Below, in pieces: positions 61,613 through 64,000 of a DNA stretch of 64,000 nt. The position numbers and the translations under genes were made by a program. Origin of the DNA: the human T2T-CHM13v2.0 reference genome, Homo sapiens. Position 1 is the first letter of the stretch. Each line of letters starts with the position of its first letter. The DNA lies in the NCBI RefSeq assembly GCF_009914755.1, contig NC_060928.1. One strand, given 5' to 3'. The notes under the pieces were generated by a model that was not told the DNA's origin, ran no database searches, and saw only the letters and a list, made by a program, of their open reading frames with translations.

Positions 61613-64000
61613 CATTCTCAGAAACTTCTCTGTGATGTTTGCATTCCACTCATAGAGTTGAAGACTTCCTTTCATAGAGCAGGTTTGAAACACTCTTTTT
61701 GTAATATTTGGAAGTGGACATTTGCAGCGCTTTGAGGCCTATGGTGAAAAAGGAAATATCTTCTCATAAAAACCAGAAAAAAGCATTCTCAGAAACTTCT
61801 TTTTGATGTGTGTACTCAAGTAACAGAGTTGAACCTTCCTTTTGACACAGCAGTTTTGAAACAATCTTTTTGTAGAATCTGCAAGTGGATATTTGGATAG
61901 CTTTGAGGATTTCGTTGGAAACGGGATATCTTCATATAAAATCTAGACAGAAGCATTCTCAGAAACTTCTTTGTGCTGTATGTCCTCAATTAACGAGTTG
62001 AACCATTGCTTGGATACAGCATTTTGGAAACATTCCTTTAGTAGAATCTGCAAGTTGATATTTAGATAGATTTGAAGATTTCGTTGGAAACGGGAATATC
62101 TTCATAGAAAATCTAGACGGAAGCATTCTCAGAAACTGCTTTGTGATGTTTCCATTCAAGTCAGAGTTGAATATTCTCTTTTATAGAGCACGTTTGAAAC
62201 ACTCTTTCTGCACTATCTGGAAGTGGACATTTCGAGCGCTTTGAGGCCTATGGTGAAAAAGGAAATATCTTCCCATAAAAACTAGACAGAAGCATTCTCA
62301 GAAACTTGTTTGTGATGTGTGTATTCAACTAACAGAGTTGAACTTTTGTTTTTACAGAGCCGTTTTAAAACACTCTTTTTGTGGAATCAGAAAGTGGATA
62401 TTCGGATGGCTCTGAGGATTTCGTTGGAAGCGGGATTACATATAAAATCTAGAGAGAAGCATTCTCAGGAACTTCTTTGTGATGTTTGCATTGAAGTCAC
62501 AGAATTGAACATTCACTTTGATAGAGCAGGTTTGAAACACTCATTCTGTAGTATCTGGAAGTGGACATTTCAAGCGCTTTCAGGCCTATGGTGAGAAAGG
62601 AAATATCTTCGAATGAAAACTAGACAGAAGCATCCTCAGAAACTTATTTGTGATGTGTGTCCTCAACTAACAGAGTTGAAACTTTGTTTTGATACAGCAT
62701 TTTGGAAACAGTCTTTTTGTAGAATCTGCAGGTGGATATTTGGATAGCTTAGAGGGATTCGTTGGAAAGGGGATATCTTCATATAAAATCTAGACAGAAG
62801 CATTCTCAGAAACTTATTTGTGATGTGTGTCCTCAACTAACAGAGTTGAACCTTGGTTTTGATACAGCATTTTGGAAACACTCCTTTTGTAGAATCTGCA
62901 GGTGGATATGTGGATAGCTCTGAAGATTTCGTTGGAAACGGGAATTTCTTCATATAAAATCAAACAGAAGCATTCTCAGAAACTTCTCAGTGATGTTTGC
63001 ATTCAGCTCATGGAGTTGAACACTTCCTTTCATAGAGCCGGTTTGAAACACTCTTTCTGCACTACCTGGAAGAGGACATTTCGAGCGCTTTGAGTCCTAT
63101 GGTGAAAAAGGAAATATCTTCTCATAAAAACCAGAAAGAAGCATTCTCAGAAACTTCTTTGTGTTGTGTGTACTCATGTAACAGTGTTGAACCATCCTTT
63201 TGACAGAGCAGTTTTGAAACACTCTTTTTGTAGAATCTGCAAGTGGATATTTGGATAGCTTTGAGGATTTCGTTGGAAACGGGATGACATATAATATCTA
63301 GAGAGAAGCATTCTCAGGAACTTCTTTGTGATGTTTGCATTCAAGTCACAGAATTGAACATTCCCTTTCATAGAGCAGGTTTGAAACACTCTTTCTCTAG
63401 TATCTGGAAGTGGGCATTTCAAGCGCTTTCAGGCCTATGGAGAGAAAGGAAATACCTTCAAATAAAAACTAGACAGAAGCATTCTCAGAAACTTATTTGT
63501 GATGTGTGTCCTCAACTAACAGAGTTGAACCTTTGTTTTGATACAGCATTTTGGAAACACTCCTTTTGTAGAATCTGCAGGTGGATATTTGGATAGCTTT
63601 GAAGATTTCATTGGAAACCGGAATATCTTCATATAAAATCAAGACAGAAGCATTCTCGGAAACATCTCTGTGATGTTTGCATTCAACTCAGTAGAGTTGA
63701 ACACTTCCTTTCATAGAGCAGGTTTGAAACACTCTTTCTGCACTACCTGGAAGCGGACATTTCGAGCGCTTTGAGGCCTATGGTGAAAAAGGAAATATCT
63801 TCTCATAAAAACCAGAAAGAAGCATTCTCAGAAACTTCTTTGTGTTGTGTGTACTCAAGTAACAGTGTTGAACCTTCCTTTTGACACAGCAGTTTTGAAA
63901 CACTCTTTTGGTAGAATCTGCAAGTGGATATTTGGATAGCTTTGAGGATTTCTTTGGAAACGGGTTATCTTCATATAAAATCAGACAGGAGCATTCTCAG
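61613..64000 (+). repeat. HOR copy 20 (partial, M1-M14; three small deletions)
   Basis: Truncated by the window end; ORF track is offset by -3 (62319 versus expected 62322). Confidence 0.92.

Larger units (their letters stand above)
1..64000 (+). repeat. Alpha-satellite higher-order repeat array, 19-mer/3,232-bp unit; most likely human chr4 centromeric D4Z1 (SF2)
   Basis: Alphoid consensus motifs (CATTCTCAGAAACTT...GTGATGTGTG, GAGTTGAAC, TTTGAAACACTCTTT, CENP-B and pJ-alpha boxes) recur about every 171 bp. The ORF track repeats with period 3232 (308, 3540, 6772...). Alpha-satellite identity is certain; the chr4/D4Z1 label rests on the known 19-mer 3.2-kb HOR length. Confidence 0.97.

Noticed and set aside
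308-63596. Recurrent 61-129 aa ORFs on both strands
   Set aside because: They are chance open frames of alpha satellite repeated with the HOR. Many start at GTG/TTG, none shows a recognisable domain, and several are broken by SNVs or indels in some copies. There is no evidence of coding function.
1-64000. CRISPR-like appearance of conserved motifs separated by variable sequence
   Set aside because: The intervening sequences are homologous to one another at ~171-bp period rather than unique spacers, and there are no cas genes.
1-64000. Embedded L1/Alu insertion or inversion
   Set aside because: The HOR register is continuous apart from the -1, +170, -3 and final -1 shifts. All monomers have the same orientation and there is no foreign sequence or poly-A tail.

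Overview
The whole 64 kb window is an uninterrupted, single-orientation array of primate centromeric alpha-satellite DNA (monomers of 166-172 bp). It is organised as a highly homogeneous 3,232-bp, 19-monomer higher-order repeat (HOR): 19 complete units plus a partial 20th. Alternating pJ-alpha-box (A) and CENP-B-box (B) monomers and the 19-mer/3.2-kb period best match the human chromosome 4 live array D4Z1 (SF2, S2C4H1L). That assignment comes from recalled knowledge, not a database search. I found no genes, RNA genes, transposons or inversions; the ORF track only reflects the repeat periodicity. I found no new protein-coding system. The notable signal is in the array architecture: (i) the 19-mer decomposes into three derivatives of an ancestral 7-mer (8+4+7); (ii) one unit is a 20-mer carrying an extra hybrid monomer with a 25-bp breakpoint window, and it sits at a boundary between SNV-defined HOR haplotype domains; (iii) recent local duplications are out of phase with my arbitrary HOR start, and there may be a 6-HOR super-period; (iv) CENP-B boxes are lost and regained, apparently including conversion between paralogous monomers. 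All SNV comparisons were made by eye and are not exhaustive. Monomer numbers M1-M19 are my own, starting at the CATTC at position 36.
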